This document shows, in pieces, positions 29,096 through 38,862 of a stretch of DNA of 64,000 nucleotides. Position 1 is the first letter of the stretch; each line of letters begins with the position of its first letter. The DNA is taken from the NCBI GenBank assembly GCA_963828735.1, contig CAWHFW010000005.1, positions 2,656,001-2,720,000 on the forward strand. The letters are read 5' to 3'. This DNA is from an uncultured Gemmatimonadales bacterium (GTDB lineage Bacteria > Gemmatimonadota > Gemmatimonadetes > Gemmatimonadales > GWC2-71-9). The position numbers were made by a program, and so were the translations under genes. A model generated the notes under the pieces. It made no database searches. It saw only the letters and a program-made list of their open reading frames with translations, and was not told the origin of the DNA.

Positions 29096-29752
29096 TCACC
29101 CCGGAAAGAACCGCCGCTGCAGAAAGTCCAGCACCGACTGATCGAGCCCCGGCGGATCGAACTCGACCGCGATCTCGCGTCCCACCAGCCGCACCACGCG
29201 CCCGCGCACCTCGATCGAGGTCTCCGCGTCGAGCTGCAGCGCGCCCTCGATCCGGCTCCCGATCGCCGGCGCCGACTCGAAGCGGGTGAGCGCGTAGCGC
29301 AGGCCGCTCGCGCTGATGTCGCGGAGCGGCGTCTGCCGGCCCGACGCCCCCGCGACCGGCTCGGGAATCGGCAGCCGGGGATCCGCCCGCCGCTCGCGGT
29401 GCCGCTGCAGCAGCGCCGCGCGCTCCGCCTCGATGTGCGCCGCGTTGGGCCACCGGTCCCCGTCGGGGAAGAAGGCGAGGCCCGCACGATCGATCCGCCC
29501 GATCCACGCGTCCATTTCGATCCGCTCCCCCGTCCGCAGCACCACCGTCCCGCTCACCTGCTGCTCCAGGCTCCAGACACGCCCGCCTGGTGCCGGCTCG
29601 ACGCGGAGCCCGCCGAGGCAGAGGTCGCGCACAGCGCAGCGAAGGCCGTCGAGCTCGAGCAGGGCGGGGGCCGTGCGGCGATATTCGGCGCGCGGGAGGG
29701 CCCGTCGGTCGAGGTGGTGCTTCGCGCTCCAGCGGCCGGGCGGTGGCGTCAT
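29096..29752 (-). CDS. Tandem PilZ-domain protein
   Basis: RRALPR...DLCLGGLR and RRADPR...DISASGLR. Confidence 0.78.
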   Translation of the reverse strand: MTPPPGRWSAKHHLDRRALPRAEYRRTAPALLELDGLRCAVRDLCLGGLRVEPAPGGRVWSLEQQVSGTVVLRTGERIEMDAWIGRIDRAGLAFFPDGDRWPNAAHIEAERAALLQRHRERRADPRLPIPEPVAGASGRQTPLRDISASGLRYALTRFESAPAIGSRIEGALQLDAETSIEVRGRVVRLVGREIAVEFDPPGLDQSVLDFLQRRFFPG

Positions 29753-29892
29753 ACGATGGCGGTAAAGGTGCGGGCAGCAGACATGGATAAACCCTACGGC
29801 GACTCGACTCAATCTGGCGATGAAGGGCGCTTCGTGGCCAGCCGCCTGGCGCCCTCGAATGGTTCGGCTAGACCGTCCTCAGCTCCTCGGGC

Positions 29893-30097
29893 TCAGCGCG
29901 CGCCCTCCACCTCCGCCGCCCACACGTCGCTCTGCCGGTCCCCCACCGTGAACCAGAAGCGCCCGTGCCGCGCCGCGAACCCGAACCGGTGCCACCTCGG
30001 CGAGGTAGACCGCGCCCATTCCGCCGCGGCCGAGCTCCCGCTCGAGACGGTAGCGGTCGCGGAGGGCTTCTGGGAGCCGGGGCGGGAGTTCGGTCAC
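29893..30097 (-). pseudogene. Internally deleted Ser/Thr kinase gene: kinase N-terminus fused out of frame to a propeller-like C-terminus
   Basis: VTELPPRLPEALRDRYRLERELGRGGMGAVYLAE, then in a shifted frame WHRFGFAARHGRFWFTVGDRQSDVWAAEVEGAR*. Confidence 0.75.
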
Positions 30098-30198
30098 GAA
30101 GTTCCGGGCGGGTGGGCTCGAATATGGGTGGGGCGCGGGCGAGCCGCCAGCGCAGTGGGATGTCTTGACGAGCGTCGGTGAGGGCGAGTGAGGTGTCC

Positions 30199-30349
30199 GG
30201 CGTACCGACGTCGGGATAGCTCCCTTCGGGCGCTGCAGTAGCCGCCACGCATGCGTTGGGCTGCTACTAGAGGCTGAGGTAGTGGCGTCTACCGGGTACC
30301 CGCGAAGCGGGTGGACGCCCTGCGGGAGCCATCCCGACGCCGGCACGCC
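30199..30349 (+). repeat. Structured intergenic repeat element, copy 1
   Basis: GGGATAGCTCCC...GGGAGCCATCCC core shared with 42326-42475 and 45653-45785; long terminal inverted repeat. Confidence 0.85.
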
Positions 30350-30473
30350 TGAGCATCTCGGCAAATCCAGCCGCGGGAATGGCGACACAGTCGCCCTTGG
30401 GCCAGCAGATGCGAACGGGGCATGCCTTGGCGCACGCCCCGTTCGTTCATTTAGCGCTTACTGCCTCTACTGC

Positions 30474-31892
30474 TTACTGCTTCGGCGGGATGTTCTGGTT
30501 CATCCGGAACAGGTTTCCCGGATCGTAGCGCTTCTTGAGCTCGACCAGCCGCTCGTAGTTGGGGCCATAGGCGGACCGCACGCGATCCCCCTCTTCCTGG
30601 GTGAGGAAGTTCACGTACACGCCGCCCGTGCTGAACGGCGCGGCCGCCCGGAACAGATCGCGCGCCCAGCCGATGCAGGCCTCGTCCCGGCCGGGCTCCG
30701 TCCACCGCCCGTGCACGTTCATCGCGAACTGCGCCTCGCGGTGCCCGTAGGCCGTCGCGACCTGTGGCACCCGGGAGATCGCGCCGCCCAGCTGCGCGTA
30801 GGCGATCTCGGTGTTGGGATCCGGAATGCGCGCCGTGTGGTCCAGCAGCACGTCGATGAGCCCGTCGCTCAGCTCGCGGAAATCGTGCGACTTCCAGTAG
30901 TTCCGGAATCCCGGCGTGAGCAGCGGATCCAGCGCCGTCTGCCAGTCGGCGTACGGATTCGCCGCTACCACATCGGCCAGCGGCTTCCCGAACGTGCGAA
31001 GGGGTGCGGCCACGCGCTCGCCCTCGGCGAGGTCACCCGACCAGCACATCGCCAGCACGAGGATCGGCTTGCCGTGCCACTCGGGAGCGAGGAACGGCAG
31101 CGGCGGCGCCAGGCGCAGCACGAACCAGCACGAGAACGCCTCGGGCGTCGTCGGCAGGAAGTCGCGGTAGAAGCGGAGGACGTCGCGGGCCGCGCCGAGC
31201 GGGTGGACCACCAGCCCCGAGAGCACATGCGGCCCGACCGGATGGAGCTGGAACTCGAACGACGTGACGATGCCGAAGTTGCCGCCGCCGCCGCGAATGG
31301 CCCAGAACAGGTCGGGATTCTCGCTCGCGCTGGCGCGCACGATCTCGCCCTCGGCAGTCACGACCTCGGCCGAGAGCAGGTTGTCGATGGTGAGGCCCAG
31401 CCGCCGGCTGAGCCAGCCGAACCCGCCGCCGAGCGTGAGCCCGGCGATGCCGGTGGTCGAGTTGACGCCGAGCGGGGTAGCCAGGCCGTAGCTCTGGGTG
31501 CTGCGATCCACGTCGCCCAGCGTGCAGCCGGCGCCGACCCGGGCGGTGCGCGTCGCCTGGTCCACCCGGACCGACCGCATCGGTGAGAGGTCGATCATGA
31601 GGCCGCCGTCGCAGACGGCGTTGCCCGCGATGTTGTGTCCGCCGCCCCGGACCGCGACGAGCAAGTCGTGCGCGCGGGCGAACCGCACCGCCCGGGCGAC
31701 GTCCTTCGCGTCGGCGCACTGCACGATGAGACCGGGGCGGCGATCGATCATCGCGTTCCAGATCGTGCGCGCTTCATCGTAGCCTGGGGAGTCGGGGGTC
31801 AGAAGTGTCCCGCTGAAGTTGGCGAGGTGCTCACCGCCCTCAGCGTCGAGCAGGGCCGGCGAGCCGCCGGAAGTGCGAAGCGTGACCATCAT
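30474..31892 (-). CDS. FAD-linked oxidoreductase (berberine bridge enzyme/VAO family)
   Basis: RGGGHN, GGGFGWL, DLFWAIRGGGGNFGIVT, YVNF, KKRYDPGNLFR; GGAGG RBS. Confidence 0.93.
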   Translation of the reverse strand: MMVTLRTSGGSPALLDAEGGEHLANFSGTLLTPDSPGYDEARTIWNAMIDRRPGLIVQCADAKDVARAVRFARAHDLLVAVRGGGHNIAGNAVCDGGLMIDLSPMRSVRVDQATRTARVGAGCTLGDVDRSTQSYGLATPLGVNSTTGIAGLTLGGGFGWLSRRLGLTIDNLLSAEVVTAEGEIVRASASENPDLFWAIRGGGGNFGIVTSFEFQLHPVGPHVLSGLVVHPLGAARDVLRFYRDFLPTTPEAFSCWFVLRLAPPLPFLAPEWHGKPILVLAMCWSGDLAEGERVAAPLRTFGKPLADVVAANPYADWQTALDPLLTPGFRNYWKSHDFRELSDGLIDVLLDHTARIPDPNTEIAYAQLGGAISRVPQVATAYGHREAQFAMNVHGRWTEPGRDEACIGWARDLFRAAAPFSTGGVYVNFLTQEEGDRVRSAYGPNYERLVELKKRYDPGNLFRMNQNIPPKQ

Positions 31893-32182
31893 GGAAGACG
31901 ACCTCCAGGAGATGATCGGGGTGCGGTCGGGGTCCACCAGAGCCACGAGTGGTCCTCGAGTCGGCCCCGGCAGGAACACGCCGTGTTGTCTGGTTAACTG
32001 TTAGAACGGCGGCGAATGTAGGGGGCGGACCGCGGCCCCGCACCTGCCAAAGGTGAGTGTTCTGATCTGCCGAAGGTGAGAGTCAAGGCTCGAGTCGTGG
32101 ACTCGGAGTCCACCTCGGGCCAGAGTGGCCCCTCAACGGCGCGCTCACGGTCGTAGCGCCGGCGCTCCGCGCGCGCCACGCG

Positions 32183-34875
32183 TTAGGACCCACCTGCCCC
32201 CCGCATCCGCCGCACGAGCGCGGGCAGATTCTGAATCACCATCACCCGTGCCGCCGGGCTGCTCCGCACCATGACAAACGTCTTGCCGTCCGGCGACACG
32301 CCGTAGTTGGCGTGCGGCGAGGTGCTCACGATGTCCCCGATGGGAAAGAGCCGCTTCCGCGCAGTCACTGCCAACGTCGGCGTCGTGGCGATCTGCGCCG
32401 CGACCAGGAACGGGTTCTCCTGCCTGGTCTCGCGGTAGTACACCTCTCGACCGTCCGGGCTCCACACCGGCTCGTTGCCGCCGTCGGCCGAGACGAGCAC
32501 CTGATCTCGCTCGCCCTTGAGGTCGCGGATGTAGACCTCGTCGCGGCCGGACTGGTCCGACACGAACGAGATCCAGCGGCCGTCGGGCGACGCGCCCACG
32601 TACATCTCCTCGAACCGGCTCGCCACCAGCGGCTCGATCGGTCCCTTCCCCCCGTTCCGGATGATGGCGGCATCGCTCCCCGTGAGGACCTGGGCCGAGT
32701 CCGGGAGTTGCGGGTCCCGCCGCAGGTTGTCCGTGGTGGTAACGAGGGCGCTGCCGTCCTTGAGCCACTCGCCGGTGTACGACAGGGCGGTGGAGGCCAG
32801 CAGCGTGTCCGGCGCCTCGGCGCTGCCGGGTCGCTTCCGGAGCAGCACCAGGGTGACGCCGCCCGGCCGGGCCACCGGAACGATGTAGGTGAGGAAGCGC
32901 CCGTCAGGCGTCCAGGTCGCGTCGTGCCCGTCCCGATCGAAGGTGGCGCGCGACAGGGTCCCGTCTCCCAAGTCCATGATCCAGACGTTCCGACCCTCGA
33001 CCGAGTTGAAGTCGAAGCTGAGGCGGCGCCCGTCGGGGGAGAACAGCGGATGGTGGAAGTTCCGCCGCTCGCTCGTGGCCAGGCGGCTCGCGCCGGTCCG
33101 GTCGACGAAGATCAGCGAGGCCGGCTCCTGCGGGATGTAGGCCAGGTTGCCGTTGTCCGCCACGGCGAGCTGGGCCACCGACTGTCCGGTGACGGCCACG
33201 TTCGCGGCGATCGTCACGGGGCTCGATGCGAGCCGGGCACCGCTCCGGTCGAGCGGCGCGGCCTGCAGCGTGCCGCCGCCCGTGACCCACACCAGGATGC
33301 CTTGGGTCACCCGCGCCTCGATCACCTGCGTATTCAGGAGCGGCGTCTCGGTGCCGGTCTTGAGGTCGACGAGCACGACCGTGCCGGAGGCGTTGCCGAG
33401 CCGGGTGCGCACGGTCAGGCCGGTGTGGCCGTCGGGCAGAACCTGCAGCAGGCGGAGCTGGCGAGTCCGAATCCGTGGGACGAGCGAATCCCCCACCACC
33501 TGTCCAATCTCGGTGAGGGTGCCGTACCAGAGCGAGCCGTCGGGCGCGAACGCGGACGCGTCGGTGGGGGGCATCCCAGGCGCGACGAGCTCCGCGGCGC
33601 CGCCGTCGAGTGGCACGCGGATCACCTGCCGGGTGACGCCCTGCGTCCCCACGACGTAGCGGCCGTCGGGCGAGACCAGCGGAGTCGCCATCGTCCTGGC
33701 CCCCTGGATCGCAGTCGCGGTCTCCGCGTCGAGAGCGTGCCGCATCAGCTGGAGGGCGCCGTCAGGCATGACGACCGCGTACACCACCCCTTCGCCGTCC
33801 GGCAGGAACGCGATGTGCCGCTGCGACGAGCTGGCGCCGCTCCCGCCCAGGCCGGACGCCAGGATCGCGAGCCGCGACGGCGGGAGCTCGGGTCGGGGGC
33901 GGAGCAGCGCCCAGACGGCGACCCCGGCGGCAACGCCGGCCGCGATCCAGCCGGCCCACGCGAGGACCGAGCGGCTCCGCGCGCGCGGGGCGGCGGCCGC
34001 CGGAATCGCCACGGTGGGCATCGGCTGGCTCCGCTGCGCGCCCGCGCCCGTGAGCGCCTCGCTGAACTCGCGCGCCGTGCCCCAGCGATCGGCGGGGAGC
34101 TTCTGCAGCGCGGTGAGGACCGCGTGCCTCCACGGCGGGCGGCACGGTCGGCCGCTTGGGGCGGAGCGGCGGCGGCTGCTCGGTGAGCACCTTCGCGACG
34201 ATGGCCTGGGAGTTGGGCCCGGTGAACGGCGGCTCGCCGGTCAGCATCTCGTAGGTCATGGCGCCGAGCGCGTACACGTCGCTCCGGGCGCCGATGTCGC
34301 GCTCGCCCATCGCCTGCTCGGGCGACATGTAGGCCGGCGTGCCGAGCGACATGCCGGTCTGGGTCATCCGGATGCCGCCGGCCTGCTGCACGGCGAGGGC
34401 GATGCCGAAGTCGGCCACCAGCGCCGCGCCGTCCTGCAGCAGGATGTTCTCCGGCTTGATGTCGCGGTGGACGACGCCCTGGCGGTGGGCGTAGTCGAGC
34501 GCGGAGGCGACTTCCTGCGAGAGCCGGAGCGCGTCGTCGACGGGGAGCTGCTTGCTCGCGCGGCAGGCGGGCGCGGAGCGATTCGCCCGCGACGTAGGGC
34601 ATCACGTAGTAGAGGAGGCCGTCGGCCTCGCCCGAGTCGATCAACCCCAGGATGTGGGGGTGCTGCAGGTTGGCGGTGACCTTGATCTCGGCCAGGAAGC
34701 GATCGCCGCCGATGACGGCGCTGAGCTCGGGGTGGAGGACCTTGATCGCGACCTTGCGGCCGTGCTTCAGGTCCTCGGCGAGGTAGACGGTGGCCATGCC
34801 GCCCTGGCCGAGCTCGCGCTCGAGGCGGTAGCGGTCCGTCAGTGCTACCTGGAGCCGATTGAGCAGCTCGGGCAT
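32183..34875 (-). CDS. Ser/Thr kinase with TM and PD40/TolB-like beta-propeller; two 1-nt insertions (~34554, ~34128)
   Basis: Kinase motifs spread over three frames (GQGGMATVY; HRDIKPEN and DFG; LQKLPADR), then a TM and SPDG repeats. Confidence 0.85.
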
Positions 34876-34956
34876 GTCGCGTCTTCGTTGGGGAATGCCT
34901 GCAAGATGGCCGAGAAAGGGGCGCTCGGCTAGCGACGAGCAGTGCGGTCACGGTGC

Positions 34957-34993
34957 GGGGCGCGGGGGCGCGACGGGATGGCTCCCGCAGGGG
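34957..34993 (-). repeat. Partial copy (one arm) of the structured repeat element
   Basis: Reverse complement CCCCTGCGGGAGCCATCCCGTCGCGCCCCCGCGCCCC closely matches 42443-42478. Confidence 0.75.
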
Positions 34994-35033
34994 GACGTCG
35001 TGGCCGGCCGCAGCGCCGGCACCCGCAAGCGCG

Positions 35034-37709
35034 TTACTTCCGCGCCCGAGCCTTCATCTCCGCAGTCCAGTTCTGGACCTCGATCAGCTCATTCCGCTCG
35101 TTCGGCGCCGTCTCACGGAGGAAGAGGAACCGCTTGTCGTCCGGGCTCACGTCGAAGGACTGCACCGGATTGAGGGCGACGTACGCCTGGGTCGAGAACA
35201 ACCGCTTCGGCTGGTCGAACGCGAAGGTGGGGCCCGGCCGCACGGCCACGGTCATGAGCGCGTTGGTGGCGCTGCGGTAGAACAGCTCGCGGCCGCTGTG
35301 CGCCCACACCGGGTCTTTGCCCCCGGCGACCGACACCTGCCACCGCGCCGAGGCGGCATCGGGGAACGGGCGCACGTACACCTCGCTGACGCCCGACTCG
35401 TCCGAGCCGTAGGCCACCCAGCGTCCATCGGGCGATACCGCGGGGTCGGACTCGGTCGCCGGGCTCGTTGCCAGCGGCACCAGGGTCGAGTCGCCCGTGC
35501 GGACCGCGTAGATGTCGCCCGCCCCCGCTTCGAAGAGCGAACGGCGCAGCACCAGCCAGCGTCCGTCGTGAGTCTGGAACACCTGACCGAACGCGAATCC
35601 AGAGTGCAGCAGCCTCTGGGCGGCTCCGGTGCCGTCGGCGCGCCGGCTCATGGGCGTGCCGCCGTTGGTACTGGCGTTGCCCACGTAGACCAGCGACCGT
35701 CCGTCCGCGCTCCAGCTGGGCCGCAGGTTCGACGTGTCGCCGAAGGTGAGCCGCGAGAACGGTCCCACCGGAATTTGTTTGACCCAGATCTCGCCGTTCC
35801 CGTTCTGCTGCAGCTCCACGGCAAGGCTTCGGGCGTCGGGCGAAATGGCAAAGGAGGCGACGATACCCTCCGGCTGCCAGCTGGAGTCCACCGGGCTCTC
35901 CAGCCCCTCGCGGGACACCCACACCGGCTGCCGGGCCCGCGTCGCGGAGCCGGTGGTGTAGACCAGGGTGCCGGTGGTCGAGAGGGCCAGGTTGGTGGAG
36001 AACCCGCCGACTTCGATCCCGATCCCCTCGAGCAGGCCCACCGGGGGCCCCGTGATCGCGAGCTTGTCGAGGTCGAACGGCAGCGCGACGAGCTTGCCGT
36101 CGGCGGTGACGACCAGCAGGTGCCCGCTGGGCGAGTACCGCGCGAAGACGCCGCGGATGAGCACGTGGGGCTCGCCCGTCGGCAGCTTCATCGCCAGGAT
36201 CTGGAAGTCGCCCATCGCCTGGTTCGCGAGCCGCGTCCGGAACAGGATCCCCTTGGCGCCGGGCAGCACCACGGGCCATTCGGCCCCGGCCTCCTTCCGG
36301 GTCGAGAGTCTGTAGACCGGCTCGATCGGCCCGCCCGTTGCTCGGATCCGCGCGATTCCCGAGTCCACCTCGAAGTACACGTAGCCGTCCGAGCCCCAGT
36401 CGCCTCCCGTCGTATTGGCGCTGTCTGTGAGCGTGAGGGTGGGGCCGCCGTCGAGCGACACCGTCCGGACGGTCTTCCCGTTCAGCACGAAGCCGATCTG
36501 ACGTCCGTCGGGTGCGAAGAAGGGCGTGCCCGCGCCCTCGGTGCCCGGCACCGGCGAGCTGCTGAGCTGGTCGTGCTCGCGGACCCAGAGCTGGTTGCCG
36601 CGCTGCCCGGGACCGATGTAGACGATGCGTTTGCCGTCGGGCGAGATCGCCACCCGGTTTCCCGATTGGTTCACCGGCGTCAGCGCCTGCGCCGGCGGCA
36701 GGTAGAGGCTGAACCGGTTGACCTCCGGGGACGGCGCGGGCCGGAGCCAGGCCCACGCCGCCACGGCGGCCGCGGTGACCGCGACGCCGGCGAGGGCGAG
36801 CTTGACCGGGTCCAGCCGCGGCTTCGCGGCGGGCGCCGCGGCCGTGGCCGCGGTGGAACGAGTCACCGGCCTCGTGCCCTTGCCCGCCAGCGCCTCGGCG
36901 AACTCCGCCGCGGTGCCGAACCGGTCCGCCGGGAGCTTCTCGAGCGCGGTGAGCACCGCCGCCTCGACCTCGGGCGGGATCGTGTGGCGCTGGGGCAGGA
37001 TCGGGCGCGGCGTCTCGGTGAGCACACGCGCCACGACCGCCTGCGCCGTCGAGCCCGTGAAAGGCGGATCGCCGGTGAGCATCTCGTAGAGCACGACGCC
37101 CAGTGCGTAGACGTCGGACCGGGCGGTGATCTCGCGCTCGCCCATCGCCTGCTCGGGGGACATGTAGTGCGGCGTGCCCAGCGACATGCCGGTCTCGGTC
37201 ATCCGGTTGCCGCCGGCCTTGCTCGCGGCGAGCGCGATGCCGAAGTCGGCCACCAGCGCGCGGCCATCGTGCAGCAGGATGTTCTCGGGCTTGATGTCGC
37301 GGTGGACCACGCCGTGCCGGTGGGCGTAGTCGAGCGCCGAGGCCACCTCGGTGGCGATCCGCACCGCCTCGGCGACAGGCAGCTGCTTCTCCCGGTTGAG
37401 CCGGCTCCGGAGCGATTCCCCTTCGACGAACGGCATGACGTAGAAGAGGTGGGAGTCCGCCTCCCCGGAATCGAACAGCGGGAGAATGTGCGGGTGCTGG
37501 AGATTGGCGGTGAGCTTGATCTCGGCCAGGAACCGCTCGGCGCCGATGACGGCGGAGAGCTCCGGCCGCAGGAGCTTGAGGGCGACCTTGCGGTCGTGCC
37601 GCAGGTCCTGGGCGAGGTACACGGTCGCCATCCCGCCGGCGCCGATCTCACCTTCGATCCGATACCGGTCGGCGAGCGCAAGCTGGAGCCGGTTGAGCAG
37701 CTCGGGCAT
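35034..37709 (-). CDS. Ser/Thr kinase with TM and PD40/TolB-like beta-propeller
   Basis: MPELLNRLQ..., full kinase motifs, TM, multiple SPDG repeats. Confidence 0.93.
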   Translation of the reverse strand: MPELLNRLQLALADRYRIEGEIGAGGMATVYLAQDLRHDRKVALKLLRPELSAVIGAERFLAEIKLTANLQHPHILPLFDSGEADSHLFYVMPFVEGESLRSRLNREKQLPVAEAVRIATEVASALDYAHRHGVVHRDIKPENILLHDGRALVADFGIALAASKAGGNRMTETGMSLGTPHYMSPEQAMGEREITARSDVYALGVVLYEMLTGDPPFTGSTAQAVVARVLTETPRPILPQRHTIPPEVEAAVLTALEKLPADRFGTAAEFAEALAGKGTRPVTRSTAATAAAPAAKPRLDPVKLALAGVAVTAAAVAAWAWLRPAPSPEVNRFSLYLPPAQALTPVNQSGNRVAISPDGKRIVYIGPGQRGNQLWVREHDQLSSSPVPGTEGAGTPFFAPDGRQIGFVLNGKTVRTVSLDGGPTLTLTDSANTTGGDWGSDGYVYFEVDSGIARIRATGGPIEPVYRLSTRKEAGAEWPVVLPGAKGILFRTRLANQAMGDFQILAMKLPTGEPHVLIRGVFARYSPSGHLLVVTADGKLVALPFDLDKLAITGPPVGLLEGIGIEVGGFSTNLALSTTGTLVYTTGSATRARQPVWVSREGLESPVDSSWQPEGIVASFAISPDARSLAVELQQNGNGEIWVKQIPVGPFSRLTFGDTSNLRPSWSADGRSLVYVGNASTNGGTPMSRRADGTGAAQRLLHSGFAFGQVFQTHDGRWLVLRRSLFEAGAGDIYAVRTGDSTLVPLATSPATESDPAVSPDGRWVAYGSDESGVSEVYVRPFPDAASARWQVSVAGGKDPVWAHSGRELFYRSATNALMTVAVRPGPTFAFDQPKRLFSTQAYVALNPVQSFDVSPDDKRFLFLRETAPNERNELIEVQNWTAEMKARARK

Positions 37710-37874
37710 GTTTGGGTCTTGGGTTGGGGAGTGCCTGGAAGATGGGCGGGAAGAGGGCGCTAGGCTAGCAGGGGATGGAATCATCCCCTTGCGGTCCTGG
37801 TTTCACTGTTTCGATCGCTGACCTAAGGGGCGTCTCCGGCGACCTGCTTACGTCTTACGAGTTCGCCCCCCCAC

Positions 37875-38783
37875 TCAGTGCACGCCGGTAACTGTGACCG
37901 CCTCGGTCACCACCTCGCTCGAGCCCACCGGCACCACCAGCGGCATCTGCGGGGTCGTGAAGACGGCGCTCAGTCCGGTCGGCGGCACCAGCGAGAGCTC
38001 GTACGTGTCCGGGGCGAGGTACAGCATGTCCGCGGTGAACACGCCGCCGGACGAGTCGGCCAGGGCAACCGTCGCCAGGGTGTCACCGGCCAGGACCAGC
38101 ACCGCCGAAAACTCCGTCAGGCTCCTCGTCTGACCGAAGATGTCGATGAGGGTGACGTCGGTGCCGAGCTGCGTGGAGAGGTGAATGCTCCCGGCGAGCG
38201 CCGCGTCGATCCCGGTGACCACGGGATCCAGGACCCAGCCGCTTCCCGCATTCTTGAAGCTCTGGCCCACATCGAAGTCCACCAGCACACTCTTCTGGGC
38301 GGAAGTCAGCTGGAGCGCGTCTCCCTGTGTTGCCACCTTGACTCCCGCCGCCTCCAGGCTGGCCAGGAGCGTGCCCTCCGCCGGGCCGCCGCACGGCGTG
38401 CCGTCGTAGCCGGTTGTGGCGTACACGGTGCTCCCGCGGGTCCCGTTGTCCACCGCGATGCACGCGCCCGTGATCTTGAGGCGCAGCTCCTGGTAGTTGC
38501 CCGATGCGACCTCGGCGCCCTGCACCAGCGGGGCGGCGGAGGCGGCCAGCGTGAGCAGGTCCTCCGTCACCGGCGTTCCGGAGATGACCTGCACGCCGTC
38601 CGCGTTGACGAGGTCCACCTCGCCGATGGTGACCACGGCATGCTGCAGGTCGCCGGGCGCGTCCCGGAGCAGGACGGAGAACGAGATCGTATTGCTGGGG
38701 CTGCCGCCGCCGTCGCCGCAGGCGGCGAGGGCGGTGGCGATCGCGACGAGGGCGGCCAGCCTGGACGTGGCCAGGGTACGCAT
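37875..38783 (-). CDS. DUF4382-like lipoprotein
   Basis: LAAC lipobox; VLLRDAP, DLLTL, YQELRL, VLVDFDVGQSF. Confidence 0.78.
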   Translation of the reverse strand: MRTLATSRLAALVAIATALAACGDGGGSPSNTISFSVLLRDAPGDLQHAVVTIGEVDLVNADGVQVISGTPVTEDLLTLAASAAPLVQGAEVASGNYQELRLKITGACIAVDNGTRGSTVYATTGYDGTPCGGPAEGTLLASLEAAGVKVATQGDALQLTSAQKSVLVDFDVGQSFKNAGSGWVLDPVVTGIDAALAGSIHLSTQLGTDVTLIDIFGQTRSLTEFSAVLVLAGDTLATVALADSSGGVFTADMLYLAPDTYELSLVPPTGLSAVFTTPQMPLVVPVGSSEVVTEAVTVTGVH

Positions 38784-38862
38784 GCGTGCTCCCGAAGAGG
38801 GAATGGGTACCGCTCCGTTAATAATGAAGCGGCCAGGCCAATCCGCTACGCCTGGAGGGCTG

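Noticed and set aside
34120..34560. True pseudogenisation of kinase 32183-34875
   Set aside because: Only two single-base insertions with all motifs otherwise intact; cannot be told from read error.
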